From the NCBI GenBank assembly GCA_018304545.1, contig JAGVVZ010000003.1, forward strand, positions 32,987-96,986: a stretch of 64,000 nt of DNA, read 5' to 3'. The notes under the pieces are model-generated. The model had not been told where the DNA came from. It ran no database searches and saw only the letters and a program-made list of their open reading frames with translations. Source of the stretch: Candidatus Aenigmatarchaeota archaeon. Lineage in GTDB: Archaea; Aenigmatarchaeota; Aenigmatarchaeia; CG10238-14. Positions 38,797 through 47,558 of this stretch are shown here, in pieces; the stretch's first letter is position 1, and each line of letters opens with the position of its first letter. The translations under genes and the position numbers were made by a program.

Positions 38797-39123
38797 ATGA
38801 AAGAAGAATCTGTATTAATAGAGTATTTTGGGGACAATCCGGTAATAAGAATAACCGATTTTTTGATAGAAAATAAAATATTCGACTATTCCAAGAAACA
38901 AATTATGGAAGAAACTGGTTTATCCAAAGCCACATTGTTCAAATACTTCCCCAAAATTGAAAAGGCTGGCATAACAAAAGCATCGAGGAAGTTTGGAAAA
39001 ACAACTCTATACAAGATTAATGATGAAAACCCTGTTGTCAAAAAAATAATAGAACTTGGGCTAGAATTAGCAAACCAGGGAGTTCTGAGTTCTCAAAGAA
39101 GACACACACCTATCAGAACTTAG
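38797..39123 (+). CDS. winged-helix transcriptional regulator
   Basis: 108 aa. HTH EETGLSKATLFKYFPKIEKAGI plus a wing KFGKTTLYKIN. Confidence 0.5.
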   Translation: MKEESVLIEYFGDNPVIRITDFLIENKIFDYSKKQIMEETGLSKATLFKYFPKIEKAGITKASRKFGKTTLYKINDENPVVKKIIELGLELANQGVLSSQRRHTPIRT

Positions 39124-39165
39124 AAACAAAACGAACTAAGAAAGGAAATTTTTCATAATCTTAAT

Positions 39166-39204
39166 CAAAAAAAAGAAAAAGTCAAACTTAACCTTCTCGC
39201 TGTT
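39166..39204 (+). repeat. cassette-boundary repeat copy 3 (3' half degenerate)
   Basis: aaaaaaaagaaaaagtcaaacttaaccttctcgctgtt, then diverges from the core. Confidence 0.6.
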
Positions 39205-39298
39205 TTCTGACAAAATTTCCCCTTAAATCTAAAGCTATGAAAAGTTTATATATACATAATATATATATGGTATACATAAACAATATGAGGCAGTAATA

Positions 39299-39535
39299 AT
39301 GGTTCAGGCTGTTGTAAAAATAAATGAAAGAGCAAACAGGGTTCTGAATATCGTAAAAGCTAAATATGGTTTAAGAACCAAGTCCGAAGCAATAAACATA
39401 GTGACTGAAAGGTATGAAAGCCAGCTTCTAGAACCAGAATTAAGACCCGAATACATAAAAAAATTGAGAAGAATAGAGAAAGAGAGCACTCTATCTGAAG
39501 AAGAGTTTAAAAAAAGACTGAAAGCTGAATTTTGA
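39299..39535 (+). CDS. ribbon-helix-helix-type antitoxin
   Basis: 78 aa. Overlaps the downstream RelE-like gene by 1 nt (tgATG). The N-terminal beta strand followed by helices fits a CopG/RHH fold. Confidence 0.45.
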   Translation: MVQAVVKINERANRVLNIVKAKYGLRTKSEAINIVTERYESQLLEPELRPEYIKKLRRIEKESTLSEEEFKKRLKAEF

Positions 39536-39798
39536 TGCTTGTTGTTGAATATTCCAAAGAACTGACTAGAAAATTGGAAAAATTACAAAAGAAGGATAAA
39601 ACTGCCTTTGAATTTATTATCAGAAAAATAAAAGAAATCCGTGAACAACCTGAACATTATAAAACATTAAGCCACGATATGAAAGGTTACAGAAGAGTTC
39701 ATGTAATGAAATCCTTTGTTTTGGTTTTTAGAATCGATTACGACCAAAATAAACTGATCTTTATTGATTTTGATCATCATGATAAGATATACAAATAG
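39535..39798 (+). CDS. RelE/ParE-family toxin
   Basis: The C-terminal YRRVHVMKSFVLVFRIDYDQNKLIFIDFDHHDKIY is a RelE/StbE hallmark. 88 aa. The ORF track uses a TTG at 39532. Confidence 0.6.
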   Translation: MLVVEYSKELTRKLEKLQKKDKTAFEFIIRKIKEIREQPEHYKTLSHDMKGYRRVHVMKSFVLVFRIDYDQNKLIFIDFDHHDKIYK

Positions 39799-39827
39799 AA
39801 AACAATCTGGAATTCCGTGTCTCAGTC

Positions 39828-39888
39828 AAAAAAAGAAAAGAAAAAAGAAAAAACCAAATTTAACCTTCTCGCAGTTATATTGCTCTTA
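39828..39888 (+). repeat. cassette-boundary repeat copy 4 (overlaps the stop codon of the 39875 minus-strand gene)
   Basis: aaaaaaagaaaagaaaaaagaaaaaaccaaatttaaccttctcgcagttatattgctctta. The last 5 codons plus the TAA stop of the minus-strand gene lie inside the core. Confidence 0.75.
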
Positions 39889-40999
39889 CTAAGATGTAGA
39901 CGCTACCTTCTGTAAAGCTACCGACACATGGAACTGGGTATGTCAATCTGAATTGACATTCAGCTGTGTGTTGGTTCAACAATCTTGTTGGTGCTGCTGT
40001 TTCTCTTATTAATGGCATAGCACCTGCACAACTTGCTGATGTACAACCTGCCGCGTTGTTTTTGTTTGTTATATCATTGAAGTTATTGTCTGCATCTGTA
40101 CCAACTTTACATCTGTAGTCCATTCCTTGTGGCGCTACTAATGTACCTGCTGTTTCAACGTCCAATACATTGCTGACTGGACATTTTGCTGCAAAGTGTG
40201 TTGGGTCTGTTAGATCACTGGCTGCTATGTAAGCTGCTAGGTCTACACCACCTTCTGCTAGGTTTGTGACCAACAATTTATTCGTAGAATAAACTGTTTG
40301 TCCTGGTACACCAGATTCATATTGAATTGCTGGAGCACCGTTGTTTGTGTCTAAGAACAACAGAACTTCTGGGTTGAAAAACCAAAGTTGTGAGATACCG
40401 TCTGTTGAGACAGATCCACTTTGATCGAAGGCTTCGATGTTAACTGTCATCTCACCTACCCAAGATGGTTCTACTGTCCATATACACTCAAAGATTTTAT
40501 CAAATCTATCGTCCAAACCTGCTAGATCTGTTGGACCTACTGGTTGTAATTGTCCGAAATCAACGTTGTGATTTACATTGAACATATTCCAGACTCCTAT
40601 TCCAGTTCCCACACCAACATAGCTTGCTGTAACATCGTTACATTTTACTTCTGCTTCGTCGTCGACTGTTACGTGTGCTGTCAAAATATCAACAGCGCCG
40701 TTCAAGTCTCTAACTCCGATCAATTCTGCGACTTGTTCACCAGTGAATGCATATTCATTGGCTCTGAGTTCAGAGCTTAAATCTACACATCCATTTGTCT
40801 GAAGATCAAATCCGTTTGGTCTTGATCCACCTTGGCCGTTGTCTGCACAAATATCAAAGACTTTCTTCAAAAGATAAACCTTTGGCTCAACGTTACCAGG
40901 TGTTGCTTCGTTAGGGAAGCTGTCTGCTAGTGCTACTGGTGTAGCTGCTAATACTAATACTGCGAGGGCTAAAACTAATGCTTTATTATAAGCTTTCAT
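39875..40999 (-). CDS. secreted Thr/Val/Asn/Ala-rich protein, probably an abundant envelope protein
   Basis: Signal peptide MKAYNKALVLALAVLVLAATPVALA. Codon usage is strongly biased (gct/ggt/act/gtt), unlike neighbouring genes, which suggests high expression. No TM anchor. Confidence 0.5.
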   Translation of the reverse strand: MKAYNKALVLALAVLVLAATPVALADSFPNEATPGNVEPKVYLLKKVFDICADNGQGGSRPNGFDLQTNGCVDLSSELRANEYAFTGEQVAELIGVRDLNGAVDILTAHVTVDDEAEVKCNDVTASYVGVGTGIGVWNMFNVNHNVDFGQLQPVGPTDLAGLDDRFDKIFECIWTVEPSWVGEMTVNIEAFDQSGSVSTDGISQLWFFNPEVLLFLDTNNGAPAIQYESGVPGQTVYSTNKLLVTNLAEGGVDLAAYIAASDLTDPTHFAAKCPVSNVLDVETAGTLVAPQGMDYRCKVGTDADNNFNDITNKNNAAGCTSASCAGAMPLIRETAAPTRLLNQHTAECQFRLTYPVPCVGSFTEGSVYILVRAI

Positions 41000-41126
41000 G
41001 TGTATTTAGCACCTCCATTTAATGTTAAAAAGATGGCTGATTAAAGATTTAAAGCTTTTTAGGTTTCTTTAGGCTTCTTTTAGCTTATATCATACTGAAA
41101 ATTCTTTATCTAATCATATAAAGCAT

Positions 41127-41144
41127 TTTTCTACCTTATTTAAG
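41127..41144 (-). promoter_or_regulatory. conserved upstream element copy (ttttctaccttatttaag)
   Basis: Lies about 130 nt upstream of the 40999 start. Matches 32651-32666 at 16 of 16 positions. Confidence 0.25.
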
Positions 41145-41387
41145 ATAAATTGCTATTAGATAAGCTTTAATTTTATACAGTATAGAAACTTCTATTACTA
41201 AGAAAAAGTGATACTTATAGGTAATAGCAACGAATTGTATACGAGATTTTTCGAGAAATTCACCAAGGACTAGTAGCAATAGAATATATTATATAAGAGA
41301 AAGGACTAAAATCAAAACTATCCTTTAAGCCCAAATCCAGTAAAATGACAAACTTAAATGTATAATAACTTTAATTTAATTGACTAA

Positions 41388-41834
41388 ATGATACATGAAG
41401 AAATACGAAGAAGGATGATTAGAAGTTTTGGTGACCCCGAATTAGCATTCAAAATATATGACCTTCTCGGCGGTGATGCTAACATAGAAGCGTTACTGGC
41501 AATAGCACGAGAAAGAGGAATGAATGAAACGGGGTTTGCAGGCGTTGTATTTGTTTATGATTTTCCCGATCCATCATATGCGGGACCGACAGCGGATATC
41601 CAATTATATGGAAGACAAGCGAGTGCTTTGACATCTGACGGACATCCGAAAAATCCAGATGTTTTTCCTTACTGCCTCAGATTATCTGATGGACGAAGTT
41701 TGCCTTATAAATATGGACGTGCCTGTTTAGAAGAAACGGAAATTTTTGGCTTGGAAGCAAGAAAATGGCGTGGACTGAGAGAAGGTCCGGATACATATCA
41801 GAGATGGCTGGAAGATACAACAATCAATATCTAA
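41388..41834 (+). CDS. hypothetical protein
   Basis: 148-aa ORF. Confidence 0.35.
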   Translation: MIHEEIRRRMIRSFGDPELAFKIYDLLGGDANIEALLAIARERGMNETGFAGVVFVYDFPDPSYAGPTADIQLYGRQASALTSDGHPKNPDVFPYCLRLSDGRSLPYKYGRACLEETEIFGLEARKWRGLREGPDTYQRWLEDTTINI

Positions 41835-41913
41835 AGGACTTGTATAAAACCTATATAAGGAGTAAGAAAGTTATTTCTAAATTATTCGAATAAAGGATAG
41901 TGAAAATAAGGAA

Positions 41914-42243
41914 TTATCTAGTTAAATTCTCCAATCTCTTAACTAACTCTTCAAAAACTAATTTTTTCTTTTCTGGCGTAAGACTGAATAAAATTTTTGA
42001 AATCATATGTTTTGAAATCGTAAAAATATAATTTAGTTTTATAACACTATCTTTGGCTGCTCCGTCTTTTTTAGTCAATGGTATGCCTTTCATTTCAATA
42101 TTGCTTGTTACACCGGCAACAACGATATTATCAAATTCTTCAAAAAGAACAATAACTGGTCTTATCTTAATTTCAAAGGTATCAGTAAATTGGACTTTAG
42201 CTAGGACAACATCTCCGGATTTATACACTTTCCCATGCCTCAT
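41914..42243 (-). CDS. MazF/PemK-family toxin
   Basis: GDVVLAKVQF...IRPVIVL...NIVVAGVTSN follows the PemK/MazF SH3-like barrel pattern. 109 aa. Confidence 0.55.
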   Translation of the reverse strand: MRHGKVYKSGDVVLAKVQFTDTFEIKIRPVIVLFEEFDNIVVAGVTSNIEMKGIPLTKKDGAAKDSVIKLNYIFTISKHMISKILFSLTPEKKKLVFEELVKRLENLTR

Positions 42244-42448
42244 CTTCCTTATTATCCCACAATTCTTTCATTTTATGTTGTTGTATTTTATGTAAAAATT
42301 CATCATACTGATTCATTGATTTTAATTTCTTCAAGACGGTTATAACCTTCATTATAATTTCATTATACGTTTCCCTAGGATATTCCTTCATTTCTTTCAA
42401 AGATTTGACTACATTTTTGTCTAACTGTATCGTTGTAACGTTAGCCAT
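42221..42448 (-). CDS. putative cognate antitoxin
   Basis: 75 aa. Upstream of the toxin and overlapping it by 23 nt. N-terminus MANVTTIQLDKNVVKSLK. Confidence 0.4.
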   Translation of the reverse strand: MANVTTIQLDKNVVKSLKEMKEYPRETYNEIIMKVITVLKKLKSMNQYDEFLHKIQQHKMKELWDNKEDEAWESV

Positions 42449-42578
42449 TATATATCACCTATAGTATATATATAGAAAGTATATAAGTACTTTACTATAA
42501 ATCAATACTAGAAGAAACAGGATATCTGCTTGAAAATTATTAAGTTACAGTAAGTTTTAATTTCCTTCGTATTATAAA

Positions 42579-42938
42579 TTGGTTATGTCTCACACATATA
42601 AGAGATCGGATCTACCTCAAGGTGTAGATTTAGATTTGGTAACTACAGAAGAGCATAGAATACGAGGCCTATATTATCGCGCATTAAGAGAATTGGTAGA
42701 TGGGAGAGCGCACATTCCTAATAATTGGATCAGGTGGATAAGACCAAGTGCTCAAACTTTATATCAGGCCGGCCTAATAGATATCAAGGAAGAAGACGAT
42801 CCAGATATATTACGCCAAATTAAAAAAAGAGGATCTCACCGCAAACCTGGCTATGTTTACTGCAGACTACTTCATTACGCGTTAGCTTTATATTTGTTGG
42901 GGAAATATGAACACCGAAAACCTGTGATAGAAGACTGA
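42579..42938 (+). CDS. hypothetical protein
   Basis: 119-aa ORF. Confidence 0.3.
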   Translation: MVMSHTYKRSDLPQGVDLDLVTTEEHRIRGLYYRALRELVDGRAHIPNNWIRWIRPSAQTLYQAGLIDIKEEDDPDILRQIKKRGSHRKPGYVYCRLLHYALALYLLGKYEHRKPVIED

Positions 42939-42985
42939 ACAATTGGTCTAAGTTAAATTTATAAAATTCAACTTTTGATCAACTT

Positions 42986-43936
42986 ATGATTAGTATGAGA
43001 GTTGTAAATGAGGGCGGATTCAGCCAGCAGCATGTAAGCATGATCTATGGAATGGCCAACAATGCCGCTAGTACACTGGGATTGTATGTTGACAGACTGC
43101 ATCTGACTTTACCCAAAGATGTCAGAATAATTATGGATTCAACCGGCGAGCAGTTATCATCCTATCAAAGAACAGGAATCGGACAGCTGCAAGTTGACTA
43201 TGATTCTGGAATAGTATACATGTCTACGACACATGATTTTCTGCGCAGGACATCAAAAAACACAATGAGAAGGCTTGTTGAGCATGAAATGTGCCACTGC
43301 AAAGATTATGCAGATGGCCTGTATGGAAGAGACATGAAAGTGTATACAAACAGGCAAGCTATGAAAGAGTTTCCCATGCATCTTGCATATTTCTTTGAAA
43401 TTTTTATGGCTTACACGGATTACAGAGTTTCGCAAAGACAGATCAAAGTCTTCGGAGGAGAGGGATATCGGGTTTATCATCTTTATGGGCTAAACGAATT
43501 TCTGCAGGAAATGGAAAAAGAAGCTGCTCGAGGAATAATGAATAGAGATGAATCCCAAATAAGACAGGTATTTTTCACTTGCTTGAAAGAATATATCAAA
43601 AGCAGACTATGCGGTTATAGGATTAAAGGAATGAGAAACGCTGTGTTTCAAGTCGCCGATTTAACCAAAGGATGCTTTGACGACATATCAGCAGCTCCGA
43701 TCATCTGGGATGAGGCAGGCAAGCTTCTGAATTTTGTTGTCTTTGATTTGATATTGAAGATTGATTTGCCTGCTACATACTTAAGCGATGTCGTGCAACC
43801 TAATAATGAGCATGGAAGCGTCGGCATAGACAATAAAAAACGATTTTTAGGTATCAGAGATAGAGAATCAGTGAGAGTGGCAGAGGGAATAGAAAGGAGA
43901 TTTGATGATTTTCTAAATTCATATGCTAACCCGTAA
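42986..43936 (+). CDS. hypothetical protein with HExxH motif (possible Zn-metallopeptidase-like)
   Basis: A single HEMCH motif lies in VEHEMCHCKDY. No other family features recognised. Confidence 0.3.
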   Translation: MISMRVVNEGGFSQQHVSMIYGMANNAASTLGLYVDRLHLTLPKDVRIIMDSTGEQLSSYQRTGIGQLQVDYDSGIVYMSTTHDFLRRTSKNTMRRLVEHEMCHCKDYADGLYGRDMKVYTNRQAMKEFPMHLAYFFEIFMAYTDYRVSQRQIKVFGGEGYRVYHLYGLNEFLQEMEKEAARGIMNRDESQIRQVFFTCLKEYIKSRLCGYRIKGMRNAVFQVADLTKGCFDDISAAPIIWDEAGKLLNFVVFDLILKIDLPATYLSDVVQPNNEHGSVGIDNKKRFLGIRDRESVRVAEGIERRFDDFLNSYANP

Positions 43937-44047
43937 AGTTTTCCTAGATCAGACAGAAATATGTTTGCTTGACACTCCAACATATTGATTTTATGATCTC
44001 CTTGGAATGTTTATAAAGACTATTTACAAAGAATTTACCCGATAAGA

Positions 44048-44386
44048 ATGGGGGAAGTTCAATATTTAGATTTACATAAAGTAGAATTATATGGTTGGCA
44101 TAGATCAAGGAGTGGAAACGACATTCGTAGATATCAGGAATTAATTAGGAGTGGAAGTGAAGCTCCTCCTATTCATGTTTGCGAGATTGGACCTGATGAG
44201 TACACACTAGATATGTATTACACAGTGAATAGAGGTCTTGATAATGCTCTTCTAGATGGCGGACACAGGAGAGCTAAAGCTTATTATGAAGAAAGAGTGC
44301 CTCTTCCAGTTATTCTTAGCAATAAGGCATTTGCTGTACCTCCAGAAAGAAGAGTTCCTATTTCAAAGATGGAGCTTGTAGACTAA
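44048..44386 (+). CDS. ParB/Srx-like nuclease-domain protein
   Basis: LLDGGHRRAKAY matches the ParB N-terminal-domain DGHHR/GxxR motif. 112 aa with no HTH. Confidence 0.45.
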   Translation: MGEVQYLDLHKVELYGWHRSRSGNDIRRYQELIRSGSEAPPIHVCEIGPDEYTLDMYYTVNRGLDNALLDGGHRRAKAYYEERVPLPVILSNKAFAVPPERRVPISKMELVD

Positions 44387-44512
44387 CGCAGATTACGTGT
44401 ACATTATTTCGAATTGGAATATGGGTTGAATGATCATCTTTGTGTTTAATCTGCCACTACAATCATGGCAACAATCAGGAAATAATTAATTCTAATAATT
44501 AATATATTCTAT

Positions 44513-45274
44513 ATGAAAGAAGAATCAAAAAGCGTTTATGACTTTCCTGAGATTTATGACATTGTGATGAAGGGCAATAAGGAAACGGCCTTCTACTCAT
44601 CTTTTGTTTCAAAGGCAAAAAACATATTGTATTGCGGTTCGGGCAGCGGGAGACTGTTAATAGAATTCTTGAAAAAACATCCCGACAAAAATATCACCGG
44701 CATCGATGAAAACCCAAGCATGATTGCTGAATGCAACAGAAGATTGAAAGATGCCGGCTTAAAGGCAGAGATCATCCTAGGCGATATATTGTCCTACGAT
44801 TTCAGGAAAAAGTTTGATCTGATACTCATGCCTTATGCATTTCTGAATCATATAAAAGATGAAGGACATTTGCTGCTGTTCAAAAGATTGAAGGGTTTCA
44901 TGGTCAAAGATGCGAAAATAGTCTTTGACATATTCAGCCCCTTTTTCAATCCAAGATCAACTGATAGTAACTTGCAGGTAGATGACAAGAAATTAGTGAA
45001 GAATGAGGAGGGAGAATTTTTTGTTGAATACACCTACAAATATGATTTTCTGGATCAAGTGATGGATCAAATAACAAAAGTAGATAAATTAGAAGGCTGT
45101 GCTGTAAAAAATACGATGGTATTTACTGTCAGATTCAGATACTTCTTTCCAAAAGAGTTGGAAGGCGTATTTGCTCTTCTTGACTACAAAACAATAGATA
45201 AGTTCGGCGATTTCCAGAAAAATCCCATAACGGATCTTTCGGAGAGTTTAATTTATGTGATTTCCAACAGATAA
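44513..45274 (+). CDS. class I SAM-dependent methyltransferase
   Basis: Motif I ILYCGSGSGRLL. An acidic residue follows a beta strand (ITGIDEN). Post-I and motif IV region (DLILMPYAF). Confidence 0.7.
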   Translation: MKEESKSVYDFPEIYDIVMKGNKETAFYSSFVSKAKNILYCGSGSGRLLIEFLKKHPDKNITGIDENPSMIAECNRRLKDAGLKAEIILGDILSYDFRKKFDLILMPYAFLNHIKDEGHLLLFKRLKGFMVKDAKIVFDIFSPFFNPRSTDSNLQVDDKKLVKNEEGEFFVEYTYKYDFLDQVMDQITKVDKLEGCAVKNTMVFTVRFRYFFPKELEGVFALLDYKTIDKFGDFQKNPITDLSESLIYVISNR

Positions 45275-45309
45275 TTTAAATTTCACATCCAAATAATATT
45301 AGTGATATA

Positions 45310-45879
45310 ATGGGCTGCACAAATTTTTTCAAGTATCATCCCGATGCGACACTGTCGGATTATGCCAAAAGATTTGGATATGATGCAAACGCTCTTGAAA
45401 GAGCTGTGAGAAAGACTGAAGAATACAGAGAGATGAGATCGTTCTCTAACGAGCAGATAGTGCTGAAAGAGGTTTTGCTGTCTTTGGATGCCAGAGGTCT
45501 TACTGACACATTATATGAAAGACAAAGACTCGAGCAGGTTTTGCCTTACGTGACTACCCAAAGTGCTGTGCATAGTGGATTCTCATTTACACCTATAACA
45601 ACTCAAACGGATTCTATGAGCAACGTATACGTACAGACAACTGATACCCAGCAATATGCAATGGACGCAACAGCATATAGGACAACGGAAGAGCAGAGAG
45701 TGAGGATGTATGAAGCTCTATATGAATCTGGAGAAGATGATGTAGAAGAAACACCGGAAGAAACGAAAGATGTTATGACATTACTATTGGCTTTACAGCT
45801 TATTGACGATGAGGAAAAGATGGCGAGTATAGAATTTGAAGAATCGGATGAGTTAATCGTTGAAATGGTTACTTCTTAA
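45310..45879 (+). CDS. hypothetical acidic protein
   Basis: 189-aa ORF with a D/E-rich C-terminus. Confidence 0.35.
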   Translation: MGCTNFFKYHPDATLSDYAKRFGYDANALERAVRKTEEYREMRSFSNEQIVLKEVLLSLDARGLTDTLYERQRLEQVLPYVTTQSAVHSGFSFTPITTQTDSMSNVYVQTTDTQQYAMDATAYRTTEEQRVRMYEALYESGEDDVEETPEETKDVMTLLLALQLIDDEEKMASIEFEESDELIVEMVTS

Positions 45880-46175
45880 CTTTGTTCATCATCTGCACAA
45901 GAACTTCTAGATCAACTCTCTTTTTGCAATGGGGACATTTTATTTCCCAAAATTGATCAAATTGTTTTGATTCCATTAATTTTTTCACATCTTTGATGAG
46001 TATGATGCTATATCAGACCTAATATTACTTATTTAGTCGAACCATAAGAAATACTTTTCTATTTTCCAGTTTATAATCACCAAATAATTGTATTTTTGTT
46101 TTCTAGTTAGGAGAAAAGAGTTTTCTATCTAATATTAAAGTACATTTTAAATCTGTTACGGAACATTTTATCATT

Positions 46176-47225
46176 ATGACAATGTATCTGGGTGCGGATA
46201 TAGGCGGCACAAAAGTTGGAGTGTCTGCGGTTCGAGTTTTAGAATCACAACTAGAAATTGTAAAGACTTTATCTGAACTGACAACAATATCACCAGATCC
46301 TAACGCATTAAGCCTACAACTGATCGAATTGACAGAAAGACTTATGGGAGATGTTGGGGAAACGGATTTCAGTGGTTACGGAATAAGCACTTTCGGTCCG
46401 CTCATAGATGGCAGATCAATAGATAACCCTTCCAATTTAACAGCAAGAGGAATAATTCCAGTTGTTGATCCTCTTTATAACAGATTCCAAATTAGAACTG
46501 TGATGGCTAATGATGCAAATTGCGGTGCGTTAGCTGAATACAGATTCAGGACAGATCAGAATGCAGATATTCAAAATCTGGTTTATATTACGTTAAGCAC
46601 GGGTATAGGCGGAGGATTTGTAAACAAAGGTGTATTGATTGAAGGCAAAAACGGAAATGCTGGAGAAATAGGTCATATGACCGTTCCTGTTCCTCCATAT
46701 TTTAGCAAATATGAATTGGACCCCAGACAGTGTGGATGTAGGAGAATCAGTTGTCTTGAAACTTATGCGTCTGGGAGAGCAATTCAAGAAATAGCAGCGG
46801 ACTTATTAGAAAGACGTATTGCAAAATCTGGTTCGCTTCCTAAACATTGGAATGATGGCCGGTTCAGAACTGATAGCAGATTTGATAGAACCAAGATAAC
46901 TACCAAGGACGTATTCGAAGCTGGCAGAAATGGAGATTGGCTATCCCAAGAAGTGGTTGACGGTGCTATAGATTATGTTGCTGCGGCAATAAGCAATTTA
47001 ATTAATCTGTTTGATCCTGAAGCGGTTTTTATTGGCGGTGGTGTGGCAAGACAAGACGACTATTTATTTGGACCTTTAGGAAATAAACTATATCCACTTC
47101 CGACTTTAAGAAAAGGCGTGTATGTAGGACCAAGCCAGTTAGGATATGACTTAGGTTTAGTGGCTCCATTCGCTCTTCTGCTTCCTGATGAAAGATATTC
47201 ATTTTCTAAAGCCACCCAAAATTAA
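46176..47225 (+). CDS. ROK-family sugar kinase / transcriptional-repressor-like protein (glucokinase-type)
   Basis: N-terminal LGADIGGTKVGVSAV. Zn motif CGCRRISCLETYASG. Gly-rich ITLSTGIGGGFV. Confidence 0.8.
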   Translation: MTMYLGADIGGTKVGVSAVRVLESQLEIVKTLSELTTISPDPNALSLQLIELTERLMGDVGETDFSGYGISTFGPLIDGRSIDNPSNLTARGIIPVVDPLYNRFQIRTVMANDANCGALAEYRFRTDQNADIQNLVYITLSTGIGGGFVNKGVLIEGKNGNAGEIGHMTVPVPPYFSKYELDPRQCGCRRISCLETYASGRAIQEIAADLLERRIAKSGSLPKHWNDGRFRTDSRFDRTKITTKDVFEAGRNGDWLSQEVVDGAIDYVAAAISNLINLFDPEAVFIGGGVARQDDYLFGPLGNKLYPLPTLRKGVYVGPSQLGYDLGLVAPFALLLPDERYSFSKATQN

Positions 47226-47494
47226 TTAAACGTAACGGGACATCCTGATATTTTTTGTTCAACTTCTCTCATTGTAAGATGAACGTAATCCGAGCCTGCC
47301 AATTTATATGCATTTATAATCTCGGGAAATGTTCTTTGATCTCCGTTTATTTGATCGGCTGACAATACATCAACTATTCTATATGCTCTTCCAGGATAAA
47401 ATAGAGGTAAAATCATATGCCTCTCTAGGAAACAATAAGCTAAACCATAACAGGATTCGTATATAACCAGACATACGCTTGGCGCAACTCTCAT
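47222..47494 (-). CDS. small hypothetical protein
   Basis: The track's longer version (to 47632) overlaps the opposite-strand membrane protein gene. An internal Met at 47494 avoids the overlap. Confidence 0.25.
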   Translation of the reverse strand: MRVAPSVCLVIYESCYGLAYCFLERHMILPLFYPGRAYRIVDVLSADQINGDQRTFPEIINAYKLAGSDYVHLTMREVEQKISGCPVTFN

Positions 47495-47558
47495 ATTAAT
47501 TTTTTGGACTAAAAGGAATTTAAAATGAATATTTAAACTATCTCTCAAAAAATTAATT

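Noticed and set aside
36965-39888. Possible CRISPR array (four direct repeats)
   Set aside because: Repeat spacing is 680-1345 bp, not 30-40 bp. The intervening DNA encodes intact genes. The repeat has an A-rich leader. No cas genes are nearby.
44513-45274. Methyltransferase as the modification half of a restriction-modification system
   Set aside because: It has no DPPY/NPPY or (S/N)PP(Y/F) catalytic motif and no target-recognition domain. It looks like a small-molecule class I MTase.
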